Assembly (NCBI GenBank): GCA_963833095.1 | Contig: CAWHWQ010000008.1 | Location: 32,001 to 96,000, forward strand | Direction of reading: 5' to 3' | Origin: Vulcanimicrobiota bacterium | Lineage (GTDB): Bacteria > Vulcanimicrobiota > Vulcanimicrobiia > Vulcanimicrobiales > Vulcanimicrobiaceae | Length of the DNA: 64,000 bases | Part shown: positions 49,359 through 59,670 of the stretch, in pieces | Numbering within the stretch: position 1 is the first letter of the stretch | Layout: every line of letters begins with the position of its first letter | The notes under the pieces: generated by a model | The model's database searches: none | Told to the model about the DNA's origin: nothing | Seen by the model: only the letters and a program-made list of their open reading frames with translations | Position numbers and translations under genes: made by a program

Positions 49359-50486
49359 TCAGTTCGTACGGACGAAGCTATTCCAGTACCAGACGCCCCA
49401 CAAACCCACAACCATCGAGTACGCCATGAGCGCCATGCCCCACCGGGGTAGGCGCTCTTTGACGCCAAGGAAGATCAGCGCCACAAGAAACGGTTCGAAG
49501 TCCAGCGCGTGTCGCATGCCGAACTGCGCAAATCCGTTGACGTAATAGACGAAATTCGGGGCCGCGCATAACAGCGTGGCAACCCAGAGCGCAGCGACCC
49601 AGCGCACCGGTTTGCGCGCGAGGAATGCCAGCACGAGCGCAGGCGACGTCCAGGTCAACGCGACACCGCTGATCGTCGGTGCAAGGTACGGATAATTCGC
49701 GACACGCTGCGGTGTCTGAATGAAGAACGACCACAATTCGTAAGGAAAATACTCCAAGCGAAACGGCGAGCCGGTGGGCATGCCGGCTTGATCCTGGTGA
49801 TACCACGTGGTGTAGCCGATGTCGTACCAGGTGCCCCAACGCGCAAGATTATAGCCGATCCAAATCAGCGCGATCGGCACGAGCATCGTTCCGAACGAGC
49901 GCATGCGTTCGCGGTCACCGAGCAAATACGCGTAGACCGGTAGCGCGAGCACGAGATCGAAGCGCGAGAGGATCGCGCAACCCGCCCAAAGGGCGACGAG
50001 CCAGCCGCGTTTGGAGCCCGCGAGTTCCATCAGCGCGAGCATCGTGAAGCAGACGGCACTGACGTGTGCGATAAACCACACGTCGCCGAGCATCGCGCAC
50101 CAGAGCAGGTCGGTACCCGCAAGCAGAAACGCGCAGACCCAGACGTTCGTCCGCTGCGGAACGCCGAGACGTTCGCCCAGTTCAAAGGCTGCGCCGACTG
50201 CGATTGCGCCGAGCACGACCGCGAGCGCAGTTTGATTGAAGGTTCCGAAAATCGCGACAAACGGCAGTAAGAGAATGGCCGGCATCGGGGCCTCAATCAC
50301 GTAGTACTGGCCGTTGAACGGCAACGCGTCGATGTACCCGCCCGGCCACGTAATCCAAGTGTGCCCATGCAGGAACGCCTGCGCAAGCAACACGTAGTTG
50401 TTGTACGGCGATGAGCGCCCATGCGCGAAGAGCGCGATGACGATCAGTGCAAGACATCCGGCGACAATCGAAGGTTTGATCTTCAC
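49359..50486 (-). CDS. Polytopic membrane protein, probable GT-C-fold glycosyltransferase
   Basis: About 10 TM segments; YVLLAQAFLHG, YNLARWG, QFGMRHALD; adjacent to the DUF2723 gene. Confidence 0.6.
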   Translation of the reverse strand: MKIKPSIVAGCLALIVIALFAHGRSSPYNNYVLLAQAFLHGHTWITWPGGYIDALPFNGQYYVIEAPMPAILLLPFVAIFGTFNQTALAVVLGAIAVGAAFELGERLGVPQRTNVWVCAFLLAGTDLLWCAMLGDVWFIAHVSAVCFTMLALMELAGSKRGWLVALWAGCAILSRFDLVLALPVYAYLLGDRERMRSFGTMLVPIALIWIGYNLARWGTWYDIGYTTWYHQDQAGMPTGSPFRLEYFPYELWSFFIQTPQRVANYPYLAPTISGVALTWTSPALVLAFLARKPVRWVAALWVATLLCAAPNFVYYVNGFAQFGMRHALDFEPFLVALIFLGVKERLPRWGMALMAYSMVVGLWGVWYWNSFVRTN

Positions 50487-50489
50487 GAA

Positions 50490-51962
50490 CTAATGGTCCA
50501 CTCCCACGCGATAGAGTTCAGTACGCGTCGGCATCCGTTCGAGGTGATATCCCGGAACGCTTCCCTCCGGCGTGCCCGCGACGAACACCGCCTGCGCCGC
50601 AATCCAATCCGACATCCGGTCGACCTGATCGCCGTACCACGACGGTACGATCGCGCGAGCGCCGGTCTGGTGCAGCACGTATGCGTCATAGGCTAGCGGC
50701 GGTGCGATCACCCAGGTCGCGATGATGACTGCGTGATCCGGTGTCGCGCGAAGAATCTCGGCGGCATCGCGCGCCGCACGGTTGTCGTTCGGCTGATCGA
50801 AGAAGTGCCGCTGCGAAAAGACGAGGTAGAGCGCTGCCGCCGCAAGGGTAAGAGTAACCGTCATCCTGACCAGGTTCGGCAAAGCCGAACCCATGGCGTT
50901 CGGCCCTCGGCCGATCCGCGCTCCAAGAGTGCCCGCAGCGATTGCCAAGAGCGCAAAGGCCGGGAGAAAGTAACGATCGACGTCGGATTCTGCGCCAAAA
51001 CCGAACGCAAAGAGCGTGCCGGCAAAGAGGGTCGCGCATGCGACGATCGCGCGCGTTGGCCCGCGGCGGAACGTGGCGATGAGTCCGGCGATTGCAAGCA
51101 CGCACCCGATCGGCGTCAGCTCGCGAACGGCCAGCATGACAAAGCGGACAACGCCGAGCGTGTACGCATGCGCCGTGTATCCGAAGCGCACTTCATCGAT
51201 ACCGATATCGCGACCGGTCACCAGCGAAGCAAAATTCCCGACCAGCACGGGATCGTCGTAATTCCAGAAGGCGCTTCCGACGATGCCGTAGCCCGCAACC
51301 GGATCGAGATGTTCGGCGTTGACGTACGCGCTGCGCAGCGGGAGATAGAGGAAGCACACGGCCGCGCACGCGCACGCGATCACCGTCGCGCGCCGCAGCA
51401 GGCGAGGATCGGTCTCGTGGGCACGCGCCACGACCGCAGCGAGAATTCCTGGCAGCGCGCAGGCGACGACCGGATGGATTGCAACGCCGAGGCCAAAGAT
51501 GATTGCGCAGATATAAAGATCGCGAGCGATGCCGCGATCGAGCCAGCGCAGCAAAAAGCATAGCATCGCGACGCACGCAAGCACAACGAGCGCATGCGCC
51601 TCGGCGCGCGTCGCGTGTTCCCAGGCATCCTCGCCGAAAGCAAAGACTAGTGCCGCGCACAGGCCTGCTATCGCGTCACCGCGTGCGTCGACGACGATCC
51701 GCCAGATGAACCAACAGGTAGTGGCAATGGCAAGCGCGCTAAGCGCGCTCATCCGGAATGCCACCGATCCGAACGGCACGACGTGGGTGAAGGCCCAACC
51801 GATCATCGTATAGAGCGGAAAGCCCGGCGGATGCGCGATGCCGAGGATGTACGGCACGGTATCCATCTCGCCGACGTCCCAGTACATGACGCTGTGATAC
51901 GCACTCGCAAGATAGACCGCAAGCGGTATGACCGCGGCCGCCAGCGAAGGGGCCGCAGACAT
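50490..51962 (-). CDS. DUF2723 / TMEM260-like GT-C glycosyltransferase
   Basis: YWDVGE......LGIAHPPGFPLY, W..ATRAE.H.L, YLPLRS, DRYFLP. Confidence 0.85.
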   Translation of the reverse strand: MSAAPSLAAAVIPLAVYLASAYHSVMYWDVGEMDTVPYILGIAHPPGFPLYTMIGWAFTHVVPFGSVAFRMSALSALAIATTCWFIWRIVVDARGDAIAGLCAALVFAFGEDAWEHATRAEAHALVVLACVAMLCFLLRWLDRGIARDLYICAIIFGLGVAIHPVVACALPGILAAVVARAHETDPRLLRRATVIACACAAVCFLYLPLRSAYVNAEHLDPVAGYGIVGSAFWNYDDPVLVGNFASLVTGRDIGIDEVRFGYTAHAYTLGVVRFVMLAVRELTPIGCVLAIAGLIATFRRGPTRAIVACATLFAGTLFAFGFGAESDVDRYFLPAFALLAIAAGTLGARIGRGPNAMGSALPNLVRMTVTLTLAAAALYLVFSQRHFFDQPNDNRAARDAAEILRATPDHAVIIATWVIAPPLAYDAYVLHQTGARAIVPSWYGDQVDRMSDWIAAQAVFVAGTPEGSVPGYHLERMPTRTELYRVGVDH

Positions 51963-52593
51963 GAGCATTCCGCGCATCGATCCCTACTGTGCCGTTCGAA
52001 CCGAAGAGCCCTTGGAACGCTTTCTCGAACCAAGCCCATTCATCCAGTCGGATGCGCCCGCGGTCATCGCATGGGTTGCCGATCGCCTCGCGGGCTGTGA
52101 TGACGTCGAAAGCGCTCGCCGTGTCTTCCATTTTGTGCGCGACGAAGTCCATCATTCGTGGGATATTCAAGGAAAGCGCGTAACGCGGACGGCGCTCGAT
52201 GTGCTTGCCTACCGAGAAGGCATTTGTTATGCAAAGAGTCACCTGGCTGCAGCGCTTCTTCGTTGCGTCGGAGTTCCGGCGGGGATCTGCTATCAGCGGC
52301 TGACGTTGATGGACGACGACTCGCAAGGATACGCGGTGCATGCCCTCAATACCGTCTATCTACAAACGCTTGAACGTTGGATACGCTTTGACGCGCGTGG
52401 GAATAAGCCGGGCGTCGATGCGCAGTTCTCGCTAGAGCGCGAACAATTGGCGTTTCCGATTCGCGCCGAGTACGACGAAGTTGACTACCTCGTAAACCTT
52501 GCCGAGCCGCACCCCGCCATTCTCGAAACACTCGTCCAAAACGACGACGCGATGACGATGTACCGCAAGGGTCTACCCGCGGCGCTCGCCTAG
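51961..52593 (+). CDS. Transglutaminase-like family protein
   Basis: Triad motifs GICYAKSHL, HALN, W.RFDARG. Confidence 0.9.
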   Translation: MSIPRIDPYCAVRTEEPLERFLEPSPFIQSDAPAVIAWVADRLAGCDDVESARRVFHFVRDEVHHSWDIQGKRVTRTALDVLAYREGICYAKSHLAAALLRCVGVPAGICYQRLTLMDDDSQGYAVHALNTVYLQTLERWIRFDARGNKPGVDAQFSLEREQLAFPIRAEYDEVDYLVNLAEPHPAILETLVQNDDAMTMYRKGLPAALA

Positions 52594-52599
52594 CGCAGC

Positions 52600-53289
52600 T
52601 TAAATCGGCGGCAGTGTCGCGTGCGGCAACGGCTTGGGCGGGACAAACGTCGAGGCCGGGAGCGCCGGTGGAAAACGATAGTCGCCCCACGCAATGCGCT
52701 CGCGCGCGGGTTTTCCGCTCACGCTGGCTTCGACCGTGACGTAGAACGGCACCCAATACTTATCGGATTTCCCATAGACCAGGCGCCCGTGTCCATGGGC
52801 CGTGCCCGACGTGGTCGTAAAATCGATTTCGCGCGGAAGATACGAATCGCCATCGATTACCAGACCAGTGACGACAAACCCGCTCGCCCCGTCGAGCGGC
52901 GTGAGCTCGTAACGATAGTCGAGATGCGATCCGTCCAACACCGTGCGCAAAAAGATCATCGAGTAGTTATTGCTTCGCGGCGCTAGGCGCACAATCGCAT
53001 AACGATCTTCACGCCGCCCGAAATTCACGATCTTCGGCTTGATCGGAATGCCGTCGACGGCGATTGTCTCGTCGCGCACCTCCAGGCCACTTCGATAAAT
53101 CACGTGACGCTGCTCGATGTCCGTGGTACCGAGCTGCGAGACGCTGTAGCTGAAGATCATTGCCTTAGGCGGCTGAAGGTCGCGCAGCTCGAGCGCATAG
53201 CGCGCAAGCACCAATTGGGAATCCAGCGTCGCCGGCACGGCGCCGATCAACGTCAGGCCCGCAAGCATTGCGACGAGCGAATATTTCAC
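52600..53289 (-). CDS. Hypothetical secreted protein
   Basis: Signal peptide MKYSLVAMLAGLTLIGA; beta-rich body; Pro-rich tail. Confidence 0.65.
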   Translation of the reverse strand: MKYSLVAMLAGLTLIGAVPATLDSQLVLARYALELRDLQPPKAMIFSYSVSQLGTTDIEQRHVIYRSGLEVRDETIAVDGIPIKPKIVNFGRREDRYAIVRLAPRSNNYSMIFLRTVLDGSHLDYRYELTPLDGASGFVVTGLVIDGDSYLPREIDFTTTSGTAHGHGRLVYGKSDKYWVPFYVTVEASVSGKPARERIAWGDYRFPPALPASTFVPPKPLPHATLPPI

Positions 53290-53296
53290 GCGCGTG

Positions 53297-55922
53297 TTAC
53301 GAACTCAACACGGCGTCACGAATCGCTTGCACCGCAGCCGGGGCGCCCGCGGTATTCTTTCCACCGCCTTGCGCTTGCGTCGCAGCCCCGCCGCCTTTGC
53401 CACCGACCAGCGGTGCGGCCAGCTTAACTAAATTGCCGGCGTGGACGCCGGCCTTGACCAAATCGTCGCTGGCGGACACGAGTAGGCTCACCGCGCCATC
53501 ATCGACGCCGGCAAGCGCGATGACGCCGCTTGGGAGGCGGCTGCGCAGCGCGCTCGAGAGATGACGAATCGCTTCGGCGTTAGCTTCCTGCACGACCGCG
53601 CCAACGAATGTGCGCTCGCCTTTGCGCTCGGCGCGCTCGAGATAGCTCTGCGCTTCGAACGCGGCCATCCGCGCCTTCATCTGTCCCACCGCTGTCTGCA
53701 AGTCGCGCATTTCGCGCTGCAGTTTGTTCACACGATCACCCAGTTCTTCGGGCGTGGTCGAAAGCGACGTCGCGAGCTCACTTACCAAGTCCTGTTGATG
53801 GACCACGAACCGCTCCGACGATTGCGAGACGCAGCTCTCGATGCGGCGAATCCCGCTCCCGATCGAGAATTCACTCAAGATCAGAAATAGCCCAAGCTCA
53901 CCGGTCGAATGCGCGTGCGTTCCCCCGCAGAACTCGACCGACGGGCCGGCCTGGAGGACGCGGACCGTCTCACCGTACTTCTCGCCGAACATCCAGATGG
54001 CGCCGCTTTGCTTGGCTTCGTCGATTGGCAGTTCGCGTGTGATCACCGGCGAGTCGTCACGGATCATTTCGTTGACGCGCGCTGCGACGGCGTGCTTCTG
54101 TTCGGGCGAAAGCGCGCCCGCCGGATTGCGGAAATCGAAACGCATCCGATCGATGCCCACCCAGGACCCGGCCTGCGTCACCTCTTCACCGAGGACGTCG
54201 CGCAGCGCGCGCTGCAAGAGGTGCGCCGACGTGTGATGCCGCCGAATCTCGCGCCGCCACCAGTCGTAGACCGCGCCGTGCGCGCGAACCCCGACGGAAA
54301 ATTCGCCGCTCTTCACGACCCCGTGGTGCGCAACCGCCTCGCCTAAGTACTGCGTATCGTCGACGTCGAAGACCGAACCGTCTTGAAGCGTAAGCCGGCC
54401 GCGGTCGCCGATTTGGCCACCTCGTTCGGCATAAAATGGGGTCCGATCGAGGATCATGACGCCGCGCTCGCCCGCACTCAGCGTCTCGACGGGTTTATCA
54501 TCCCGCAAAATCGCGACGACCTCGCCGTCGGCTTCGAGACCACCGTAGCCGGTGAATTCCGAGCGCACCGCCGGCAACTCGGCCAGCGATACCACCGCGC
54601 GCTTCGATTTTGCGTCCGCACGCGCGCGTTGGCGCTGCTCGTTCATTTCCGATTCGAACTCTACCGAGTCGACGGCTACGCCGCCATCGGCTGCGATCTC
54701 GCGCGTGAGTTCGATTGGAAAGCCGAACGTGTCATGCAGCACGAACGCGTCATCGACCCGAAATCAAGCGCGTGCAGTTTTCGTTCGCGTCGGCGATCAG
54801 CCCGTCGAGCATCGCTCATGCCGCGTTCGAGCGTTCGATCGAACGTCGTCTTCCTCAGCACGCAGCGCCTGCACGATCCTCGTGACGTTGTCGCGCAGTT
54901 CGGGATAGCCAGGTGCGAGCGACCTCACGACCGCGGGAACGAGTTCGGTGAGAAAGCCATTCGGATAGCCGAGCAGCTTGCCGTTGCGAATCGCGCGCCG
55001 AATCAAGAAAGCGCAACACGTAGCCGCGATCGGTGTTGGACGGATAGATGCCGTCGTTGATCAGGAACGTCACGGCGCGCGCGTGGTCGGCAATGATATT
55101 CTGCCGCTCGCGCCGCTCCAGCGCGTGCATCGACGTGCTCGCGACCGGCGGCTGCGCTGCGATGATATCGGTGAAGAGATCGGTTTCGTACATCGAGGCG
55201 TTGCCGTTACAGACCGCGAGCATCCGCTCGAGCCCGGCGCCCGTATCGATCGATTTCTTCGGCAAGCTCGGTCAACTTGCCGTCGGCGCCGCGATTGTAT
55301 TGCTGGAAGACGACATTCCAAATCTCGACGTACCGATTGCCTAGATTCGGCCCGGTGTCGTCGGGACCGCTCGCATATGGCTCGCCGGTATCGTAAAAGA
55401 TTTCGGTGCACGGACCGCACGGGCCGGTCGGCGCCCATCGTCCAAAAGTTGTCTTCGTCGAAACGCGTGATCGCGCGAAGCGTCGAGCCCAACCTCGTCG
55501 CTCCAGATCTGCGCTCGCCTCATCGTCGTCGGTGTGCACCGTGACGTACAGACGCAAGGGATCGAGCTTGAGCACGTTGGTGACGAACTCCCACGCAAAC
55601 GCGATCGCTTCGCGCTTGTAATAGTCGCCGAAGCTGAAATTGCCCAGCATCTCGAGGAACGTGCCGTGCCGCCCGGTGCGCCCGACGTTCTCGATGTCGC
55701 TCTTCGCCCCGGCCACGCGCAGACAGCGCTGCACGGTAACCGCGCGCGGCGCGGGCGCGCGGCTGCTCGCCGAGAAACACCGGCACGAACTGCTCCATGC
55801 CGGCGATGGTGAAGAGCGTGGTCGCACATCTCATCGGGGATCAGGCTGGCCGAGGGCATCAACTTGTGCTGCTTGGCGACGAAGAAGTCGATCCAAGCCT
55901 GGCGGAGTTCTTGGCTTTTCAT
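53297..55922 (-). CDS. alaS: Alanine--tRNA ligase; several frameshifts in the 5' half
   Basis: TTLFTIAGM, VQRCLR, RHGTFLEMLGNFSFGDYYK, GPCGPCTEI, SIDTGAGLER, TPFYAERGGQ, HTSAHLL, EFCGGTH, GKGGG. Confidence 0.96.
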
Positions 55923-56027
55923 GGGCTCAATGGGGAATGATAGCAGAGAGACCCCCCGCCTCCTACTGACGTTCAATACCCAAAGGGTGCGACTTTAGCC
56001 CGCAGAGCTTAGCTCTGAGGATAAAGT

Positions 56028-56825
56028 CTACTCTCCTAGCGCACCCCGGAGCTTCTCCAGCGCCTTGGCCTGCAGGCGCGAGACGTGCATCTGCGAGACG
56101 TTGAGACGCTTGGCGATCTCGGTCTGCGAGACCGATTCGTAGAAGCGCAGATAGATGATCACGCGCTCGCGGCCGCGTTAGCACGTGGAAGGCGCGCTCG
56201 AGATTGGCGCGGTCTTCGAGCAATTCGAGGCCGGTATCGGTCACGCCGACGGTGTCGGCAAGCGTCTGCGACTTTTGTCGCCCTCGCCGCATCACTTCGG
56301 AATCGAGCGAGAGCAGGTTGTAGGCCTGCCCGAGCTCCTGCGCTTCGAGAATTTCTTCTTCGCTCGCGCCAAGCTGCGCGGCCAGCTCGGCGACGGTCGG
56401 GACTGCGGCCCAAGCTCGACCGAGAGTTTCTCGCTCGCGCGGTTGACCGCGAGATTGAGTTCTTGCAGGCGGCGCGGTACTTTGACCGCCCAGCCTTTGT
56501 CGCGAAAATAGCGCTTGATCTCGCCGACGATCGTCGGCGTCGCATACGTCGTGAACTCGACGCCGCGATCGCGCTCGAAGCGGTCGATCGCCTTGAGCAA
56601 CCCGACCGTGCCGACTTGCACCAGATCGTCGAGCGGCTCGCCGCGATTTGCGAACTTCATCGCGAGAAAGCGCACGAGGTTCAGGTGGGCGACGACCAAC
56701 TCGTCGCGCAGCGTTCGTACTCGCGTTCGAATACGTTGGTAGCCTTCGTCATGCCGCGCGCGCGCGTGCGCAAAGAGCGCGAATAACTCGCGCGTCCGCT
56801 CACGCGACGCGTCGCTCGTCGCCAC
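56028..56825 (-). CDS. SigB/SigF/SigG-family sigma factor; frameshifted
   Basis: DDLVQVGTVGLLKAIDRF, FTTYATPTIVGEIKRYFRDKGWAVKVPRRLQE, SQTEIAKRLNVSQMHVSRL. Confidence 0.93.
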
Positions 56826-57270
56826 TATGGTGCTGCACGTTCGGCCTCGAGCCTCTTGACCATAACCAGTCGCGTTCCATGTTCCGGATGGACGTCGTAG
56901 TCCACCTCGTCCATGAGCGAGCGAATCAGGAAGACACCGAGCCCGACGATGCGCGCTTCGTCATCGAGTTCGCGCGAGCGGATATGCTCGGCGCGTGCGT
57001 GCCGCGACCGTGATCGCGCACGTCGAAGCGCAGTCCACCCCGGCTCGCTTCGCACGTGATCTCGATGTCGGCTCCCATGTGTCATGCTGGATCGCGTGGT
57101 GCACGCCTCCGCGACGGCGAGCTTGATGTCTTCGATCTCATCGATCGAAAAGTTCAGACGGCTCGCAACTGCCGCGACGGACAGACGCGCGAGCGCAACC
57201 CATTCCGCGCGGCACGGGATCCGAAGCTCGACGACATCGACTGTCGTCCGTTGCCGGCATCGGCTGGTTC
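56825..57270 (-). CDS. rsbW: Anti-sigma factor Ser kinase (RsbW-like); frameshifted
   Basis: ELRIPCRAEWVALARL, IEDIKLAVAEA, GLGVFLIRSLMDEV..GTRLVMVK; lies between the STAS and sigma genes. Confidence 0.85.
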
Positions 57271-57613
57271 ACACAAGCGCCTTCATCGCGGCGTCTTCAT
57301 TTTCGAAGATGCCGAAGATCTTCACGAGGCCCGTGATGTCGAAAATCTTCTTGATCTGCGGATTCGTGCAGACGAGATTCACCGAGCCGCCGTGTTCGCG
57401 CACGCGCTTGAGTCCGCCGATCAGCACGCCGAGACCGGTCGAATCGATATAGCGGACCTTTTCGAGATTGATGACGAGATTGTAGACGCCGCGATCGATC
57501 AGGTCGCCGATCGCATCTTTCACTTTCGGTGAGGTGTAGACGTCGATCTCTCCGCTGAGTTCGACGACGTAGCAATCGCCCTGCGCTTCGCGCACGTTAA
57601 CTTTGATATCCAA
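57269..57613 (-). CDS. rsbV: Anti-anti-sigma factor (STAS, RsbV-like)
   Basis: LSGEIDVYTSP, YIDSTGLGVL, IFDITGL; TTG start with SD GAGGA. Confidence 0.92.
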   Translation of the reverse strand: MDIKVNVREAQGDCYVVELSGEIDVYTSPKVKDAIGDLIDRGVYNLVINLEKVRYIDSTGLGVLIGGLKRVREHGGSVNLVCTNPQIKKIFDITGLVKIFGIFENEDAAMKALV

Positions 57614-57630
57614 CGTCGTCCTCGCTTCCA

Positions 57631-57939
57631 TTGAGTTCGTTGCGTTCCTGCCGCGTCACCCATCGGTGACGCGCGTCGATATCGTGCGCGCGTCGACGAT
57701 CGTGCGACCGCGTTCGTACAGATCGGTCGCACTGGCTTGCCACTGCGTGGTCGCGTCGCTCGAACCTGCCACGTAGATCGCCGCGAGGCGTCCATCGCCA
57801 GGTTACCGGCTTCGCTGGCTTTCCCAACCAAGAGATCGCGCGTTTCTTCCTGGGTCAGCAGCACCGCGACCGCAGCCGCCGCGATCGCGCCAAGGACGAA
57901 TCCGGCGAAGAAGCCGCCGCCGCTGTTCTCGTTACTCAT
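57631..57939 (-). CDS. YtxH-like protein; frameshifted, 3' end approximate
   Basis: MSNENSGGGFFAGFVLGAIAAAAVAVLL..EETR. Confidence 0.7.
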
Positions 57940-58360
57940 GCCTTGCCATTCCTTACGTCCCGTCGCTGGAGTGTTCTTCCCGTCACGATGCGCCGCAAAC
58001 CAGCGCTGACACCCCGTAATCGTCGCGCCGATGTTGACGATCGCCGGCGCAGAGCGCTCCTTGATCTGGTCAGCGGTGTCAGAAACCGAGGCCGGCAATC
58101 CCCTCGAGCGACCCGACGACGCCACGCAAGCGCGCGAGCGTCTGGTCGGCAGTGTCGGCGATACCGCCGACGTGATCCAGGGTCTCGCCGACGGGCGACC
58201 GAGATTCTCGATCTGTCCGTCGATCACGGTCAGCGTCAGATCGACGCGCCCGAGCGTGCGCGCGAGCGCAATGCCGGCGATGAACGCGCCGACGCCCACG
58301 AGCAATACGCCGAGACCAACACCGATCGTCCAAGCACGTCCGATGTTCCACGTCTACCAA
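57936..58360 (-). CDS. DUF948 (YtxG/YoxC-like) protein; frameshifted, ends approximate
   Basis: N-terminal TM GVLLVGVGAFIAGIAL followed by coiled-coil RTLGRVDLTL..ID.Q...ETLDHV..IAD. Confidence 0.6.
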
Positions 58361-58388
58361 TGCACCCTTCACGATGCCGTCTCCCCCT

Positions 58389-59540
58389 TCACGATTCGGC
58401 GGTGATACGACGGGAGCGAGTTCCAGAACCCGATCGATCTCTTCCTCGGTCGTCGCTCCTCCCAGCGAAAACCGGATCGACGCCTGGTGCCAGCGCGGAT
58501 CGATGTCGCAGTGCCGCGATGACGTGGCTGGGCTCGAGGGCACCCGAGGTGCACGCGCTTCCGGCCGAAACCGCGATGCCCTCCAGATCAAGCGCATCAA
58601 CAGTGCTTCGGAATCGAGCGCCCGCAAACGAAACGTTGCTGTTGTTCGGCAAGCGCGGCGCGCCCGCGCCGTTGACGCGAACGTCCGGCATGCGCGCGGA
58701 TGCCCGCCTCCAGGCGGTCGCGCAAGCGGCCGACGCGCTCAGCGCGCTGCGCTCGTTCCCGCAACGGCGAGCTCGAGCGCCGCAGCCAGCCGACGATGCC
58801 GGCGACGTTTTCGGTCCCCGAGCGCCGCCCGAACTCTTGGCCGCCGCCGTGCACGATCGGCTGCGAGCAGCGACGCCGTCGCGAACGTAGAGCACGCCGA
58901 CGCCCTTGGGCCCGTAGAATTTGTGCGCCGAGAGCGAAAGCAGATCGACACCAAGCGACGCGACGTCGAGCGGCAACCAGGCCCGGGCGCCTGAACGGCA
59001 TCGGTGTGAAACAGCACGCCGCGTTCGTGCGCGACAGCCGCGAGCTCGCGCGATCGGTGAAGACGTCCCGATCTCGTTGTTCGCGTACATGACCGAGCGA
59101 GCACCGTGTCGTCGCGCAACGCGCCGCAAACGCGATCGGATCGACCAGTCCGCCGCGTCGTCGACCGGCAGCAGCGCGACCTCGAAGCCCTCGTCGCGCA
59201 GCGCGTCGAGCGCGTGCAGGACGGCGTGATGTTCGATCGCCGTCGAGACGATGTGCCGGCCCCGGCCGGGCAGGCTCGCGCGACGCCCAAGAATCGCCAG
59301 GTTGTCGGATTCGGTGCCGCTCCCGGTGAACGTGATCTCTTTGCGGCTAACGCCGAGCGCTGGCGCGACGCGGTCGCGCGCATCGTCGAGCCGGCGCGCG
59401 CGCGCCGCCCTTCGGCGTGGAGCGAGCTCGGATTGTAGCGCCGCCTCGACGCAGTACGGCAGCATCGCGTCGAGCGACATCCGCGGCGCAGCGGCGTCGT
59501 CGCGGCATGATCGAGATAGATGCGCTTTTTCGTCCGGTTC
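58389..59540 (-). CDS. iscS: Cysteine desulfurase (IscS/NifS type); many frameshifts
   Basis: [60 protein letters not shown]. Confidence 0.9.
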   Translation of the reverse strand, partial: EPDEKAHLSRSCRDDAAAPRMSLDAMLPYCVEAALQSELAPRRRAARARRLDDARDRVAPALGVSRKEITFTGSGTESDNLAILGRRASLPGRGRHIVSTAIEHHAVLHALDALRDEGFEVALLPVDDAADWSIRSRLRRVARRHGARSVMYANNEIGTSSPIARARGCRARTRRAVSHRCRSGARAWLPLDVASLGVDLLSLSAHKFYGPKGVGVLYVRDGVAARSRSCTAAAKSSGGARGPKTSPASSAGCGARARRCGNERSALSASAACATAWRRASARMPDVRVNGAGAPRLPNNSNVSFAGARFRSTVDALDLEGIAVSAGSACTSGALEPSHVIAALRHRSALAPGVDPVFAGRSDDRGRDRSGSGTRSRRITAES

Positions 59541-59626
59541 TCAGATCGTTCTCAGAGCCCCGTCGTACGATCGATGTCGTGTGCGAAGCTCCAACGCACA
59601 CTCCGAGAAGTAGCAACGGGAAACGG

Positions 59627-59649
59627 CGGTCCGAGAGTCACTCGGGCCG
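59627..59649. terminator. Hairpin just downstream of rarA; possible terminator
   Basis: CGGTCCGAG-AGTCA-CTCGGGCCG on the plus strand, followed by TCATTTTTG; only a weak U-tract on the coding (minus) strand. Confidence 0.5.
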
Positions 59650-59670
59650 TCATTTTTGTATCGTCCGCGC

